Origin: Alphaproteobacteria bacterium
GTDB taxonomy: Bacteria > Pseudomonadota > Alphaproteobacteria > TMED109
Reading direction: 5' to 3'
DNA: 64,000 nucleotides
Assembly: GCA_965206145.1 (NCBI GenBank)
Contig: CBDBIK010000005.1
Span: 513,206 to 577,205, forward strand
Shown: positions 32,683 to 42,714 of the stretch, one piece after another
How the letters are laid out: every line of letters begins with the position of its first letter
How positions within the stretch are numbered: position 1 is the stretch's first letter
Notes under the pieces: model-generated
Database searches by the model: none
Told to the model about the DNA's origin: nothing
The model's input: only the letters and a program-made list of their open reading frames with translations
Program-made: the position numbers and the translations under genes

Positions 32683-33316
32683 GGCGCTTCCCGACCTTCT
32701 TTTCACAGGCCCTGAGAATACATCTCTAGTTGTGGTTCTAGCCCACGGCGCAGGCCTTGGCATGAACAACCCCGTGCTCGAAGCCCTGGCCAAGGGACTT
32801 GGAGATGCAGGCGTCCGGGTCGCCCGCTTCGAGTTTCCCTATATGCGAAAAGCGCGCGTGTCGCTGAGGCGCAGACCTCCCGATCCCATGGCGAGGCTTG
32901 AGGAGGCATACCGCGATGTGATTTCTCGTATCGGCCCACCCGAGACCTTGGTCCTCGGGGGCTTTTCGATGGGCGGCCGGGTGGCAAGCCGGATCGTCGA
33001 TGCGGAGCGGGCAAGGGCGTTGGTCTGTGTGAGTTATCCGTTCCATCCACCCGGTCACCCTTCAAGGCTCCGCACGGAGCATTTGCAATCCTTGCGTACG
33101 CGGGCCCTTTTCGTGCAGGGAACACGGGATCGGTTCGGTACGCCAGGAGAAGCGCAGGGATTCGGGTTGTCTTCGTCGATTTCGTTTCATTTGGTCGCTG
33201 ATGGAGGTCACGATTTGGTGCCTCGAAAATCCTCAGGGAGAACCCTTGCGGATAACCTTGCGGAAGCCACGCTCGCCGTGGACGCGTTCCTGCGGGGCCT
33301 GCCCTCGCAGAAGTGA
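32681..33316 (+). CDS. alpha/beta-fold hydrolase (KANL3/Tex30-like)
   Basis: ATG at 32681 (MALPDLLFTGPENTSLVVVLAHGAGLGMNNP...). Nucleophile elbow is GGFSMGGR. Confidence 0.7.
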   Translation: MALPDLLFTGPENTSLVVVLAHGAGLGMNNPVLEALAKGLGDAGVRVARFEFPYMRKARVSLRRRPPDPMARLEEAYRDVISRIGPPETLVLGGFSMGGRVASRIVDAERARALVCVSYPFHPPGHPSRLRTEHLQSLRTRALFVQGTRDRFGTPGEAQGFGLSSSISFHLVADGGHDLVPRKSSGRTLADNLAEATLAVDAFLRGLPSQK

Positions 33317-34669
33317 TCAGAATGGGGGTGGCAGGCCTACTGCTTTCAGAACTTTTGTCTGCTCACGGGCAAGGCTCTTGACATCGAATCCATCGACGAT
33401 TCCCTCGATCACCCGGTGCCAGTTGATCTCGGCCTTGATGCTTGTGAAGACGAACCCCAGCCCCACGGAGGCACGGTCGAGAAGCACGAACTCTCGCGGT
33501 GGCTGGATTCCACCGAGGCGTCGAACCTCCTTGTAAACCTTGCCGACCAGTTTTCTTCCCTCGATCATGGAATGCTCCGCCTTGAGGGGTCTCACCCGAT
33601 CTTCGAGGATTGGCGCGTACAGGTAGTCTGCCCACAGATTGAGGGTTGCGAGCATTTCCTTTGACAGATGCTCGAATCCCCAACCCCTGTAGGCTTCGAC
33701 AGCCAGTTCCGGATCTCCGTCTCTTTTTGCCTTGTAGAGGTTGAGTACAGCTTCCACGAAGGTGGGTGGGAACACCCGGACACAGCCGAAATCGAGAAGA
33801 TTGATGATGCCGTCCTCGGTTACGGAGTAGTTCCCGGGATGGGGGTCCCCGTGGATGATTCCATGTCGGTAGAAAGGGATGTACCAAGCGCTGAAAAGTC
33901 GGCTGGCGGCTTTGTTGCGGAATTTTTGTCCCATTTTCTCAGTGTCCCTGAGACGCATCCCATCGAGCCAGGTCATCGTGAGCAGACTGTTCGTGGAGAG
34001 ATCCTCGACTGGTTCGGGAATGTGGATACCGTCCGTGGGGCTGAGCATGTGTCGATAGGCGCGCATGTTTTGCGCTTCGTGCACGTAGTCGAGTTCCTCG
34101 TCGAGACGCGCTTCCATTTCTTCGTAAATTTTGTCTGTCTTAATCGCCTTGTCGACGCGCCGGTAGAGATTCAGGAAAAGTCTGAGCTGGCGTAGATCTG
34201 CTTTCACCACAGAGGTCATATCGGGGTATTGGAGTTTGCAGGCCAGCTCCTGTCCCCGTGCCCGGGTGCGATGAACCTGCCCGATGGAAGCGGCATGGGC
34301 CGCTTCGCGCTCGAAAGATTCGAAATGTTTTTGCCAGTCATCTCCCAGTTCCGAACGCATCCTGCGGCGCACAAAAAGCCATCCCATAGAAGGTGCATCT
34401 GCCTGCAGGTTGGCGAGACGCTCCTGGTATTTCGGTGGCAGCACGCCGGGAACCAGGGAGAGCATTTGTGCGATCTTCATGACCGGCCCTTTGAGCTCAC
34501 CCAGCGCATCAACGAGGTCCTTGGCCCCCTTGTCACTACCGCCGTCACGGCCGAGGGCGCGTCTCGCAAGGTAGCGTGAGGCAATGCGGCCAGCTTCCAG
34601 GCTTACCCGAGTGTGACGACGCGTCTGACCCGCGATGCGTGGATCGTCCCTTTTCCCGTTCTTTGGCAT
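33317..34669 (-). CDS. ABC1/UbiB-family atypical kinase
   Basis: Contains KGPVMKIAQMLS...AASIGQVH...IHGDPHPGNY. Confidence 0.8.
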   Translation of the reverse strand: MPKNGKRDDPRIAGQTRRHTRVSLEAGRIASRYLARRALGRDGGSDKGAKDLVDALGELKGPVMKIAQMLSLVPGVLPPKYQERLANLQADAPSMGWLFVRRRMRSELGDDWQKHFESFEREAAHAASIGQVHRTRARGQELACKLQYPDMTSVVKADLRQLRLFLNLYRRVDKAIKTDKIYEEMEARLDEELDYVHEAQNMRAYRHMLSPTDGIHIPEPVEDLSTNSLLTMTWLDGMRLRDTEKMGQKFRNKAASRLFSAWYIPFYRHGIIHGDPHPGNYSVTEDGIINLLDFGCVRVFPPTFVEAVLNLYKAKRDGDPELAVEAYRGWGFEHLSKEMLATLNLWADYLYAPILEDRVRPLKAEHSMIEGRKLVGKVYKEVRRLGGIQPPREFVLLDRASVGLGFVFTSIKAEINWHRVIEGIVDGFDVKSLAREQTKVLKAVGLPPPF

Positions 34670-34751
34670 GCCACATGGTAGCCGTAAGCGCACGGGTCCC
34701 GTCGCTTTCGCCGACGGTATGGCGGGCTTATAGTCCCCTGTCCCGAGGAGC

Positions 34752-34826
34752 GGGCGCGTAGCTCAGCGGGAGAGCACTACGTTGACATCGTAGGGGTCGC
34801 TGGTTCAATCCCAGCCGCGCCCACCA
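34752..34826 (+). tRNA. tRNA-Val (anticodon GAC)
   Basis: Hand fold. Acceptor GGGCGCG/CGCGCCC. D arm GCTC-AGCGGGA-GAGC. Anticodon arm CTACG-TTGACAT-CGTAG. T arm GCTGG-TTCAATC-CCAGC. ACCA 3' end. Confidence 0.9.
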
Positions 34827-34871
34827 CTCGGCTGTTTCGAGCCATATTCTTTTCGTTTTCCGGCCTTGCGG

Positions 34872-36134
34872 TCAGGTTACGAGAAATGTGCGGAAATCGT
34901 TCACGTTGGTGCGGGTAGGTTTTGTTGTGACGAGGTCGCCGAGAGCATCGAAAAAGCTGCGTGAATCTTGCCGTGCCAGGAATTCTCTGGGATCAAGCTC
35001 CAATTGAGTGGCTCTGTCGGCCGTGGTCGGGTCAATAATGGCTCCCGCGTGTCCGCCGTCTCCGTCGATCCCGTCCGTGTCGCAGGCGATCGCGTAGATC
35101 CTTTCGCCTGCAAGCGCGGTGGCCGCAGCGAGAAGAAATTCCGTATTTCGTCCGCCGCTGCCGGATCCCCGCAGTGTGACCGTGGTCTCGCCGCCCGACA
35201 ATAGGACGAGTGGGGGCGGTGCCGGTTGGCGGTAGCGAATTACCTGTCGGACGATCGCTGCGTGCGCAAGGGCCGCGTCGGTCGCCTCGCCCTCGAGGGA
35301 ATCGGAGAGGATCATGGGGAAGAAACCCGCTTCTCTTGCCACCTTTGCCGCTGCCTCCAGAGCATCCTGTGGTCGGGCAATAATGATGTTTTCGGCATGG
35401 TGCAGGGCATCCGGCGTCGGGGTCTCGGGTGCATTTCCCTCCAAGCACGCCTGGACGCGTGCAGGCCCGCGGATCCGGTACTTGGCCAGAATCTTGCGAG
35501 CTTGGGCGAAGGTCGTTGGATCGCCCACGGTGGGGCCGGAACCGATCACGGACGGATCGTCGCCGGGCACATCGGAAATCATGAGGGTGACGACACGGGC
35601 CGGTTGGGCGGCAAGGGCAAGCTGGCCTCCCTTGATTGCAGAGAGGTGTTTGCGCACACAGTTGATTTCCGAAATCGTGGCACCCGACCGGAGAAGCGCC
35701 TTGGTGACGGCTCGTTTGTCCCTGAGGTGCACGCCGGGAGTGGGAACGGTCAGCAGTGCTGAGGCTCCCCCCGAAATTAGGAACAGCAGTAGGTCATCGT
35801 GGCCCAGTTTTTCCACGAGCGCGAGGATGCGTCGGGCGGCCCGGCTGCCGGCCGAATCGGGTACCGGGTGGGAGGCCTCGATAACTTCAATTCGCTTGCA
35901 TGGGACTCCGTGCCCGTAAGGTACTGTTACGAGCCCATCGAGGGGGCCATCCCAGGCCTCTTCGACAGCCGCTGCCATGGCCCCGGCAGCCTTGCCCACG
36001 CCCGCGACGAGCGTGCGTCCCCGGGGCGGTTCGGGGAGGTGGCGCTGGATGGAAGCGGTGGGACGAACCGCATCGATGCCGGCGTGAAACATCCCCAAAA
36101 GGAGCGCGCGATAACGTGCGCAATCGGAGGTCAA
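34872..36134 (-). CDS. glycerate 2-kinase / hydroxypyruvate reductase-type protein (DUF4147 + MOFRL)
   Basis: 420 aa. Contains VGKAAGAMA...LISGGASALL...LLSGGETTV.... Confidence 0.8.
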   Translation of the reverse strand: MTSDCARYRALLLGMFHAGIDAVRPTASIQRHLPEPPRGRTLVAGVGKAAGAMAAAVEEAWDGPLDGLVTVPYGHGVPCKRIEVIEASHPVPDSAGSRAARRILALVEKLGHDDLLLFLISGGASALLTVPTPGVHLRDKRAVTKALLRSGATISEINCVRKHLSAIKGGQLALAAQPARVVTLMISDVPGDDPSVIGSGPTVGDPTTFAQARKILAKYRIRGPARVQACLEGNAPETPTPDALHHAENIIIARPQDALEAAAKVAREAGFFPMILSDSLEGEATDAALAHAAIVRQVIRYRQPAPPPLVLLSGGETTVTLRGSGSGGRNTEFLLAAATALAGERIYAIACDTDGIDGDGGHAGAIIDPTTADRATQLELDPREFLARQDSRSFFDALGDLVTTKPTRTNVNDFRTFLVT

Positions 36135-37114
36135 AGGCCGTGGTATTCGCGGTACCAGGAAACGAAGCGGGGCAGTCCCTCTTCGAGGGAGGTTCGGGGC
36201 TCGAAACCAAGATCCCGGCGGGATTCCGTGATGTCGGCGCAGGTCTCGAACACGTCCTCGGGTGGTTTCGGCAGGAGGCAGAGTTCAGCCTTCAAGCTCG
36301 TGATTTCCTCCAGGATCGCGATGAAGTGCAGTAGGCTCACGGAGCTTTCGTTGCCGATATTGTAGACGCGGTGCGACACCTCGTCATTTCCGGTTTTGGC
36401 CGGGCGGTCGAGGCTTGCGAGGATCGCGGCGGCTACGTCATCGACGTAAGTGAAGTCGCGTTTGAGTTTTCCATAGCCGAACACCTGGAGGGGCCGTCGT
36501 TCAAGGAGAGCGCTTGTGAATAGCCAGGGAGCTGCATCAGGCCGACCCCATGGACCGTAGACGGTGAAAAAACGCAAACCTGTCGCTCGCAAACCGTAGA
36601 GGTGGGAATACACTCGCGTCATGAGTTCATCGGCACGCTTGGTTGCCGCATAAAGTGAGATCGGTTGTTCGACAGCATCGAAGATCGAGGAAGGAACCTT
36701 GTCGTTTTCGCCGTAAACTGCGCTGGTGCTGGCGTAAACGAGGTTTTGAATCTCACGTTCACGACAAAGTTCCAACACTTCAGCATGGCCTACAAGGTTC
36801 GCGCGGGCCTGGAAGCGAGCGTGTTTTTCGGCGCTGCGAACGCCCGGATGGGCGGCCAAGTGTACGATTGCCGATATCTCGGTGCCGCCCAGAGCCTCAC
36901 CGATTGCATTCGGGCCGATGATATCGAGCTCGAGGCAGGAGAAACGGCCGGAGGGATGCTCGGAAACGTGACGAGCACGGTCACGTTTCAGTCTGGCCAG
37001 CCCGTCCTCGTCACCGAAGTGGTCCACGCCGATCACCTCCTCGTTGCGGTCAAGGAGGGTCTTGGCAATGCTCGTGCCGATAAAACCGGCGGCACCGGTG
37101 AGCAGGATCGCCAT
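36131..37114 (-). CDS. NAD-dependent epimerase/dehydratase (UDP-sugar 4-epimerase-like)
   Basis: Contains ILLTGAAGFIGTS...YASTSAVYG...YAATKRADE. ATGA-type overlap with the downstream gene. Confidence 0.85.
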   Translation of the reverse strand: MAILLTGAAGFIGTSIAKTLLDRNEEVIGVDHFGDEDGLARLKRDRARHVSEHPSGRFSCLELDIIGPNAIGEALGGTEISAIVHLAAHPGVRSAEKHARFQARANLVGHAEVLELCREREIQNLVYASTSAVYGENDKVPSSIFDAVEQPISLYAATKRADELMTRVYSHLYGLRATGLRFFTVYGPWGRPDAAPWLFTSALLERRPLQVFGYGKLKRDFTYVDDVAAAILASLDRPAKTGNDEVSHRVYNIGNESSVSLLHFIAILEEITSLKAELCLLPKPPEDVFETCADITESRRDLGFEPRTSLEEGLPRFVSWYREYHGL

Positions 37115-37417
37115 CGGTCACGATTCCCGTGGATAAAGGGCAGGAGGAGGCCAGTGCTGTTTGTCTTGCTGATGCTAGTGGCCGGTCCTCACCTTGGCAA
37201 AAACCTTTGAAAAAAGTGCATTTCTTGCACCGAAAGGGCCGAGGAAGTAAACTTCGGCCAACATAGGGAAGGTTTCCTGACAGAGAGAAGCGTTCTTTCT
37301 GGTGGTTTGGGGGCGCTTCTTTGTCTGCGGGCCGTGGCCTCGGGGTACGGCTCAAGCGCTGGTCGGGTGCGAGCGAACCGCTGTCCGGTGAGCAGGAACG
37401 TGGGAGAGGAGCCGCCT

Positions 37418-40400
37418 GTGGCGCTTGCCGCTGTCAAGCTTGACGACAAGTACGAACTCGAAAACGGGCGTGTTTATCTAACAGGAACGCAAGCTTTAGT
37501 GCGTCTGCCGCTGATGCAGCGCCGACGGGACCGTGCGAACGGCCTCAACACCGCAGGTTTCATTTCCGGATATCGAGGCTCTCCACTGGGAGCCTACGAC
37601 CAGGCCTTGTGGAGTGCGCGCCAATTCCTTGCCAACGGAGATATCCGCTTCCAGCCCGGCCTCAACGAGGATTTGGCGGCAACGGCGATTTGGGGCACGC
37701 AACAGATCAATCTCCGGACCAAACCGAAATACGATGGTGTTTTCAGCATCTGGTACGGCAAGGGCCCGGGCGTCGATCGGAGTGGCGATGCACTTACGCA
37801 CGCCAACGTGGCCGGTACGGCCCCCCACGGCGGAGTGTTGGCGCTACTCGGCGATGACCACCTCGCGAAATCCTCCACGATTGCCCATCACAGCGAATTG
37901 GCGATGGTGCACTCCCAGATCCCGGTACTGAACCCAGCCAACGTCCAGGACCTTCTCGATTTCGGATTACACGGCTGGGCGATGTCCCGCTTCAGCGGGC
38001 TGTGGGTTTCGCTTAAATGTGTGACTGCGACCATCGACAGTGCAGCTTCGATTTATGTGGAATCGGACCGTGCGATGCCCCGCATTCCGGCTGATTTCCC
38101 GATGCCTGAGGACGGCCTCGCGATTCGCTGGCCAGATGACATTCTCGAGCAGGAACGCCGGATGGCACAGTACCGAATTCCAGCTGCGCAGGCGTACTGC
38201 CGGGAGAACGGGATTGACCGTCTGGAATGGAGCGGGGTTTCGGACCGCATCGGTATCGCCGCCACTGGCAAGGGTTATGCAGAATTGCGGGAAGCCTTGG
38301 CGATGCTGGGAATTGATGAGGAGCGTGCTCGCTCGCTGGGCATTCGTCTCTGGAAGGTCGGGATGAGTTGGCCGCTCGAAACACAGGGCGCACAAACCTT
38401 TCTCGACGGTCTCGAAGAGGTGGTGGTGATCGAGGAGAAACGCGCCTTGGTCGAGGATCAGCTCAAGAATTTGGCATTTAATTCCAGCAAACGTCCGCAT
38501 CGCATCGTTGGTAAGAACGACGAGGAGGGACGGCCACTCCTGCCTTCGTCGGGACAGCTCACCGCCGAAGACGTGGCGCTTGTTTTGGGTAGCCGCCTTG
38601 CCCGTGCCGGGGTGGAGGGAATCGAGGAACGCCTCACGCGGTTGCGAGGAGACAACGCCGAGCCCAGTGCACCTGCTCCCGTCGAGCGGACACCGTATTT
38701 TTGCTCGGGCTGCCCTCACAATAGTTCGACGAAGATCCCCGAAGGCAGCATGGCCATGGCAGGAATCGGCTGTCACTACATGGCGGTGTGGACCGATCGC
38801 AGCACGCACCTCTATACGCACATGGGCGCCGAAGGGGCGAACTGGACTGGCATCGAGCCCTTCGTCGAGGAGTCCCATGTCTTCCAGAACCTGGGCGACG
38901 GCACCTACCAGCATTCGGGAATCCTGGCCATCCGGGCTGCGGTTACGGCCGGTGCCCGCATGACCTTCAAAATCCTTTTCAACGACGCGGTGGCGATGAC
39001 AGGTGGGCAGCCCGTCGACGGGATGCTGAGTCCGGAACAGATCACCCGCCAGATCCGGGCCGAGGGCGTGGAGCGGATCGCGGTGGTTACCGACGAGCCG
39101 GACAAGTACGAGGTGGGCCGCGTGTTTGCCGACGGCGTGACGGTCCACCACCGTGATGATCTCGACGTCGTGCAGAAGGAACTCCGTCGTTGGTCAGGAG
39201 TGTCGGCGATGGTTTACGACCAAACCTGTGCCGCTGAGAAGCGCCGCCGCCGCAAGCGCGGGCTGATGGTGGATCCTGACGAGCGCGTCTTCATCAACGA
39301 GCTGGTGTGCGAGGGTTGCGGTGATTGTTCTCGAGCCTCGAATTGCCTTTCGGTTGAGCCTCTTGAGACGGAATTTGGCCGCAAGCGTCGCATCAATCAG
39401 TCGAGCTGCAACAAGGATTTTTCGTGTCTGAATGGGTTCTGTCCAAGTTTCGTAACCATTGAAGGTGCTGCGGTCCGCCGCTCCTCTCCTACCCACGACA
39501 GCGGACGTCTTGGTGCCCTCTTCGCCAAACTACCTGCCCCGACCCCGCCTGTTCTCGAGACTCCCTGCAACATCGTGATTACCGGAATTGGCGGCACTGG
39601 CGTCGTCACGGTGGGCGCTGTGATCGGAATGGCCGCCCACCTCGAAGGCAAAGGTGTGAGTGTTCTCGACCAGGTGGGCCTCTCCCAGAAGGGTGGTGCC
39701 GTGGTGAGCGATGTGCGCATAGCGAACACCCCCGAAGAGCTGTACTCGATCGAAGTCGGAACGGGCAGAGCTGATCTCCTGCTCGGCTGTGACATGGTGG
39801 TGTCGGCGAGTGCCCCCGTCCGCGAAAAACTCTCACCTACGGTCACGGCGGCGGTAGTGAACGCTCACCGTGCTCCCACTGCGCAGTTTGTTCTTGACCC
39901 TGACATTTCGTTCGGAGCGCGGCGGATGGTTGAGATGGTTACCGCAATCTCGAAGCCCAATTCCGTCTTTTTTGTGGACGTGTCAGCACTGGCTGTGAAG
40001 CTGTTCGGCGACAACATTGCAGGCAACATTATGTTACTTGGCTATGCCGTCCAGAAGGGCCACGTTCCGGTTTCCCCGGAAGCCATCGAAAGGGCGATCG
40101 AGCTCAACGGTGTCGCAGTCACCATGAATCGGGATGCTTTCCGGTGGGGGCGGGTTGCAGCTTACGACGACGAGGCCGTGCGAAGGTTGGTCGTTCCGGA
40201 CGTAAGCCAGGCGGAGCCGGAGGAAAAGAGCATTGATGACCTGACCGAGCACCGAGCTGAATTTCTTCGGAAATATCAGAACCGACGTTGGAGTCAGCGT
40301 TATCGCTCTGAGGTTGAGCGGGTTCGCGAGGTTGAGCATGTGCATGGTGCGGAGAGCGAGGAACTTTCGAAAATGGTTGCGCGCAATCTCTTCAAGCTGA

Positions 40401-40891
40401 TGTCTTACAAGGATGAATACGAGGTTGCGCGGCTCTACACGGAAGGAACCTTCCACCACCGCCTCAAGGAGACGTTCGAGGGTAAATTCAAAATCCGCTA
40501 CCATCTCGCCCCGCCGCTCTTTGCGCCGAAAGATCCCGTAACGGGACAGCTGAAGAAGGTCACCTTTGGGCCGTGGATGATGGGCGCTTTTCGCCTGCTT
40601 GCCTGCTTTAGTTTCCTGCGCGGGACATGGTTTGATCCCTTCGGCTGGACAGCGGAGCGCCGTCGAGAGCGCCGCCTGATTGCCGAATACAGAGTCACTC
40701 TTTCCGAAGTCTGTGAAGGACTTCAGCCTTCGAATCACGCCGCTGCGGTGGAACTTGTTTCCGTTCCGGAACGGATCCGCGGCTTCGGGCACGTCAAGGA
40801 GGAAAGCATACGGGACGCCGAGCGGGTGCAGACAGAACGGTTGGAAGCGTTCCGCACCTCGAGCATCAGGGAGCCTGCAGAGGCGGCATGA
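37418..40891 (+). CDS. indolepyruvate:ferredoxin oxidoreductase family protein (fused alpha/beta)
   Basis: The LDDKYELENGRVYLTGTQALVRLPL N-terminus is typical. 4Fe-4S motif CEGCGDC. The GTG at 37418 with GGAG upstream is a more plausible start than the ORF-track start at 37307. Confidence 0.85.
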   Translation: MALAAVKLDDKYELENGRVYLTGTQALVRLPLMQRRRDRANGLNTAGFISGYRGSPLGAYDQALWSARQFLANGDIRFQPGLNEDLAATAIWGTQQINLRTKPKYDGVFSIWYGKGPGVDRSGDALTHANVAGTAPHGGVLALLGDDHLAKSSTIAHHSELAMVHSQIPVLNPANVQDLLDFGLHGWAMSRFSGLWVSLKCVTATIDSAASIYVESDRAMPRIPADFPMPEDGLAIRWPDDILEQERRMAQYRIPAAQAYCRENGIDRLEWSGVSDRIGIAATGKGYAELREALAMLGIDEERARSLGIRLWKVGMSWPLETQGAQTFLDGLEEVVVIEEKRALVEDQLKNLAFNSSKRPHRIVGKNDEEGRPLLPSSGQLTAEDVALVLGSRLARAGVEGIEERLTRLRGDNAEPSAPAPVERTPYFCSGCPHNSSTKIPEGSMAMAGIGCHYMAVWTDRSTHLYTHMGAEGANWTGIEPFVEESHVFQNLGDGTYQHSGILAIRAAVTAGARMTFKILFNDAVAMTGGQPVDGMLSPEQITRQIRAEGVERIAVVTDEPDKYEVGRVFADGVTVHHRDDLDVVQKELRRWSGVSAMVYDQTCAAEKRRRRKRGLMVDPDERVFINELVCEGCGDCSRASNCLSVEPLETEFGRKRRINQSSCNKDFSCLNGFCPSFVTIEGAAVRRSSPTHDSGRLGALFAKLPAPTPPVLETPCNIVITGIGGTGVVTVGAVIGMAAHLEGKGVSVLDQVGLSQKGGAVVSDVRIANTPEELYSIEVGTGRADLLLGCDMVVSASAPVREKLSPTVTAAVVNAHRAPTAQFVLDPDISFGARRMVEMVTAISKPNSVFFVDVSALAVKLFGDNIAGNIMLLGYAVQKGHVPVSPEAIERAIELNGVAVTMNRDAFRWGRVAAYDDEAVRRLVVPDVSQAEPEEKSIDDLTEHRAEFLRKYQNRRWSQRYRSEVERVREVEHVHGAESEELSKMVARNLFKLMSYKDEYEVARLYTEGTFHHRLKETFEGKFKIRYHLAPPLFAPKDPVTGQLKKVTFGPWMMGAFRLLACFSFLRGTWFDPFGWTAERRRERRLIAEYRVTLSEVCEGLQPSNHAAAVELVSVPERIRGFGHVKEESIRDAERVQTERLEAFRTSSIREPAEAA

Positions 40892-42708
40892 ACGCCCCGA
40901 AGCGGGAGTCGAGTGGGAGCGTCCGCATGGATTGGCCCAATCTCGTCTCGATGCTCTTCTCCCAAGCGCAAACCCGCGCCGACCAACCATTCTTCTGGGC
41001 TCGCAGGGCAGAATCTTGGGAGCCGGTTACGTGGGATGGAGTTGCGCGCCAGGTTTCAGCACTCGCCTGCGCTTTCCGTGATGCAGGTCTCAATCCCGGC
41101 GATCGGGTGTTCCTACTTGCCGACAACAGTCCCGAATGGGCGATCGCCGACTTCGCCGTGATGGCGGCGGGAGGTGTCACCGTTCCCGGCTACACCACGA
41201 GTGCTGTTCCCGACATCCGCCATGTGATCGATGATTCAGGCGCGCGTTTTGCGGTTGTGGGGGACGGCGTATGCCGCGAACGTTTCCTAGAGGCGACGCG
41301 AGAAGAATCGCTGATGGAACGGGCGATCGTGATCGGGGATCCGCAGGCGCATGCGTCTTTCCCTTTCCCAGTTGAGTATTGGGCGCATGCGCTTGAACGG
41401 GGCGCACGTGCAGGCGGCGATGCCCAGTCATGGGCGGACGATATCAGTGAGGGTGATCTTGCCTGTCTTATCTATACATCCGGCACCGGCGGAATGCCCA
41501 AGGGAGTGATGCTGAGCCATCGGGCCGTGCTTACGAACTGTCGGGGCGCGCTGCAGGTTTTGGAAGGCGTCGGTGTGGGGCACGAGATCATCCTGTCGTT
41601 TCTTCCCTTGAGCCATGCCTACGAGCACAGCTGCGGTCTCATGTTTTCGGTTGCGATAGGGGCGGAGGTTTATTACGCCGAAAGTCTCGACACGCTTGTT
41701 CGGGATTTTGCGGAGGTAAAACCCACCATCCTTCTGGTCGTTCCCCGCCTGCTAGAGGTGATGAGGCAGAAAATTCTCACGGCGATCGACAAGGCTGGCG
41801 GGTTTAAAGCCTGGTTGTTCGGCAAGGCTCTCGACACCGGAAAACGAAGATTTGAGGGCAAGCGGCTTGGTATTGTCGACGGGATTCTCGATGCCGTGGC
41901 GGAGCTACTCGTTCGCCGCAAGGTTCGGGCCCGTTTCGGGGGGCACCTCAAGGCGATGGTCTCGGGTGGCGCGCCGCTCGCCTACGAGGTGGGGATGTTC
42001 TACGCCTCGCTGGGTCTGCGCCTTCTCCAAGGTTATGGGCAAACCGAGGCCGCACCCGTGATCAGCTGCAACCAGGTGGATCAGATCAAGCTCGCCACTG
42101 TAGGCCCGCCGCTCGTGGACGTGGAGGTGAAGATTGCAGATGACGGGGAGATTCTCGTCCGTGGCCCACTCCTGATGGACGGCTACTGGAACCTCCCTGA
42201 AGTGAGCGCCGAGACGATCCGGGACGGATGGCTGCACACCGGCGACATCGGACACCTCGACGAGGATGGTCATTTGGAGATCACTGACAGAAAGAAAAAC
42301 ATCATCGTGATCACTGGTGGTGACAACATTGCTCCGCAGCGGATTGAAGGAATTCTCACTCTGCAGCCCGAGATCGAGCAGGCGATGGTGATTGGCGATG
42401 CGCACCCGCACTTGGTGGGACTTGTCGTTCCGGAGCCGACGTTTGCACAAACCTGGGCGCGTGAGAATGGGATGGATCCTTATGCACTCAGCGAGAATGA
42501 GGAATTCCACAAGGTGATGTCTGCTGCGGTCGCGCGAGCGAGCGAGGCCTTTTCCCAGCACGAGAAGGTGCGCCGCTTCGTTCTTGCCGATGAGCCGTTC
42601 ACCGTCGACAACGCAATGATGACGCCGACCATGAAGATTCGCCGTTCGCAGGTACTTGAGCGTTACGGAGAACGCCTGGAGGCGCTCTACGCCCGAAGTT
42701 CCGATTGA
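40888..42708 (+). CDS. long-chain-fatty-acid--CoA ligase (AMP-dependent synthetase)
   Basis: AMP-binding motif is IYTSGTGGMPKGVMLSH; also GYGQTE. The true start may be the internal ATG near 40927. Confidence 0.85.
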   Translation: MNAPKRESSGSVRMDWPNLVSMLFSQAQTRADQPFFWARRAESWEPVTWDGVARQVSALACAFRDAGLNPGDRVFLLADNSPEWAIADFAVMAAGGVTVPGYTTSAVPDIRHVIDDSGARFAVVGDGVCRERFLEATREESLMERAIVIGDPQAHASFPFPVEYWAHALERGARAGGDAQSWADDISEGDLACLIYTSGTGGMPKGVMLSHRAVLTNCRGALQVLEGVGVGHEIILSFLPLSHAYEHSCGLMFSVAIGAEVYYAESLDTLVRDFAEVKPTILLVVPRLLEVMRQKILTAIDKAGGFKAWLFGKALDTGKRRFEGKRLGIVDGILDAVAELLVRRKVRARFGGHLKAMVSGGAPLAYEVGMFYASLGLRLLQGYGQTEAAPVISCNQVDQIKLATVGPPLVDVEVKIADDGEILVRGPLLMDGYWNLPEVSAETIRDGWLHTGDIGHLDEDGHLEITDRKKNIIVITGGDNIAPQRIEGILTLQPEIEQAMVIGDAHPHLVGLVVPEPTFAQTWARENGMDPYALSENEEFHKVMSAAVARASEAFSQHEKVRRFVLADEPFTVDNAMMTPTMKIRRSQVLERYGERLEALYARSSD

Positions 42709-42714
42709 TCGGGG

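Noticed and set aside
37115-37417. Small dyad GTGCA-N5-TGCAC and other short repeats in the 300-bp divergent intergenic region between the epimerase and oxidoreductase genes
   Set aside because: The arms are only 5 bp and there is a single copy. That is compatible with chance in a promoter region, and there is no supporting context.
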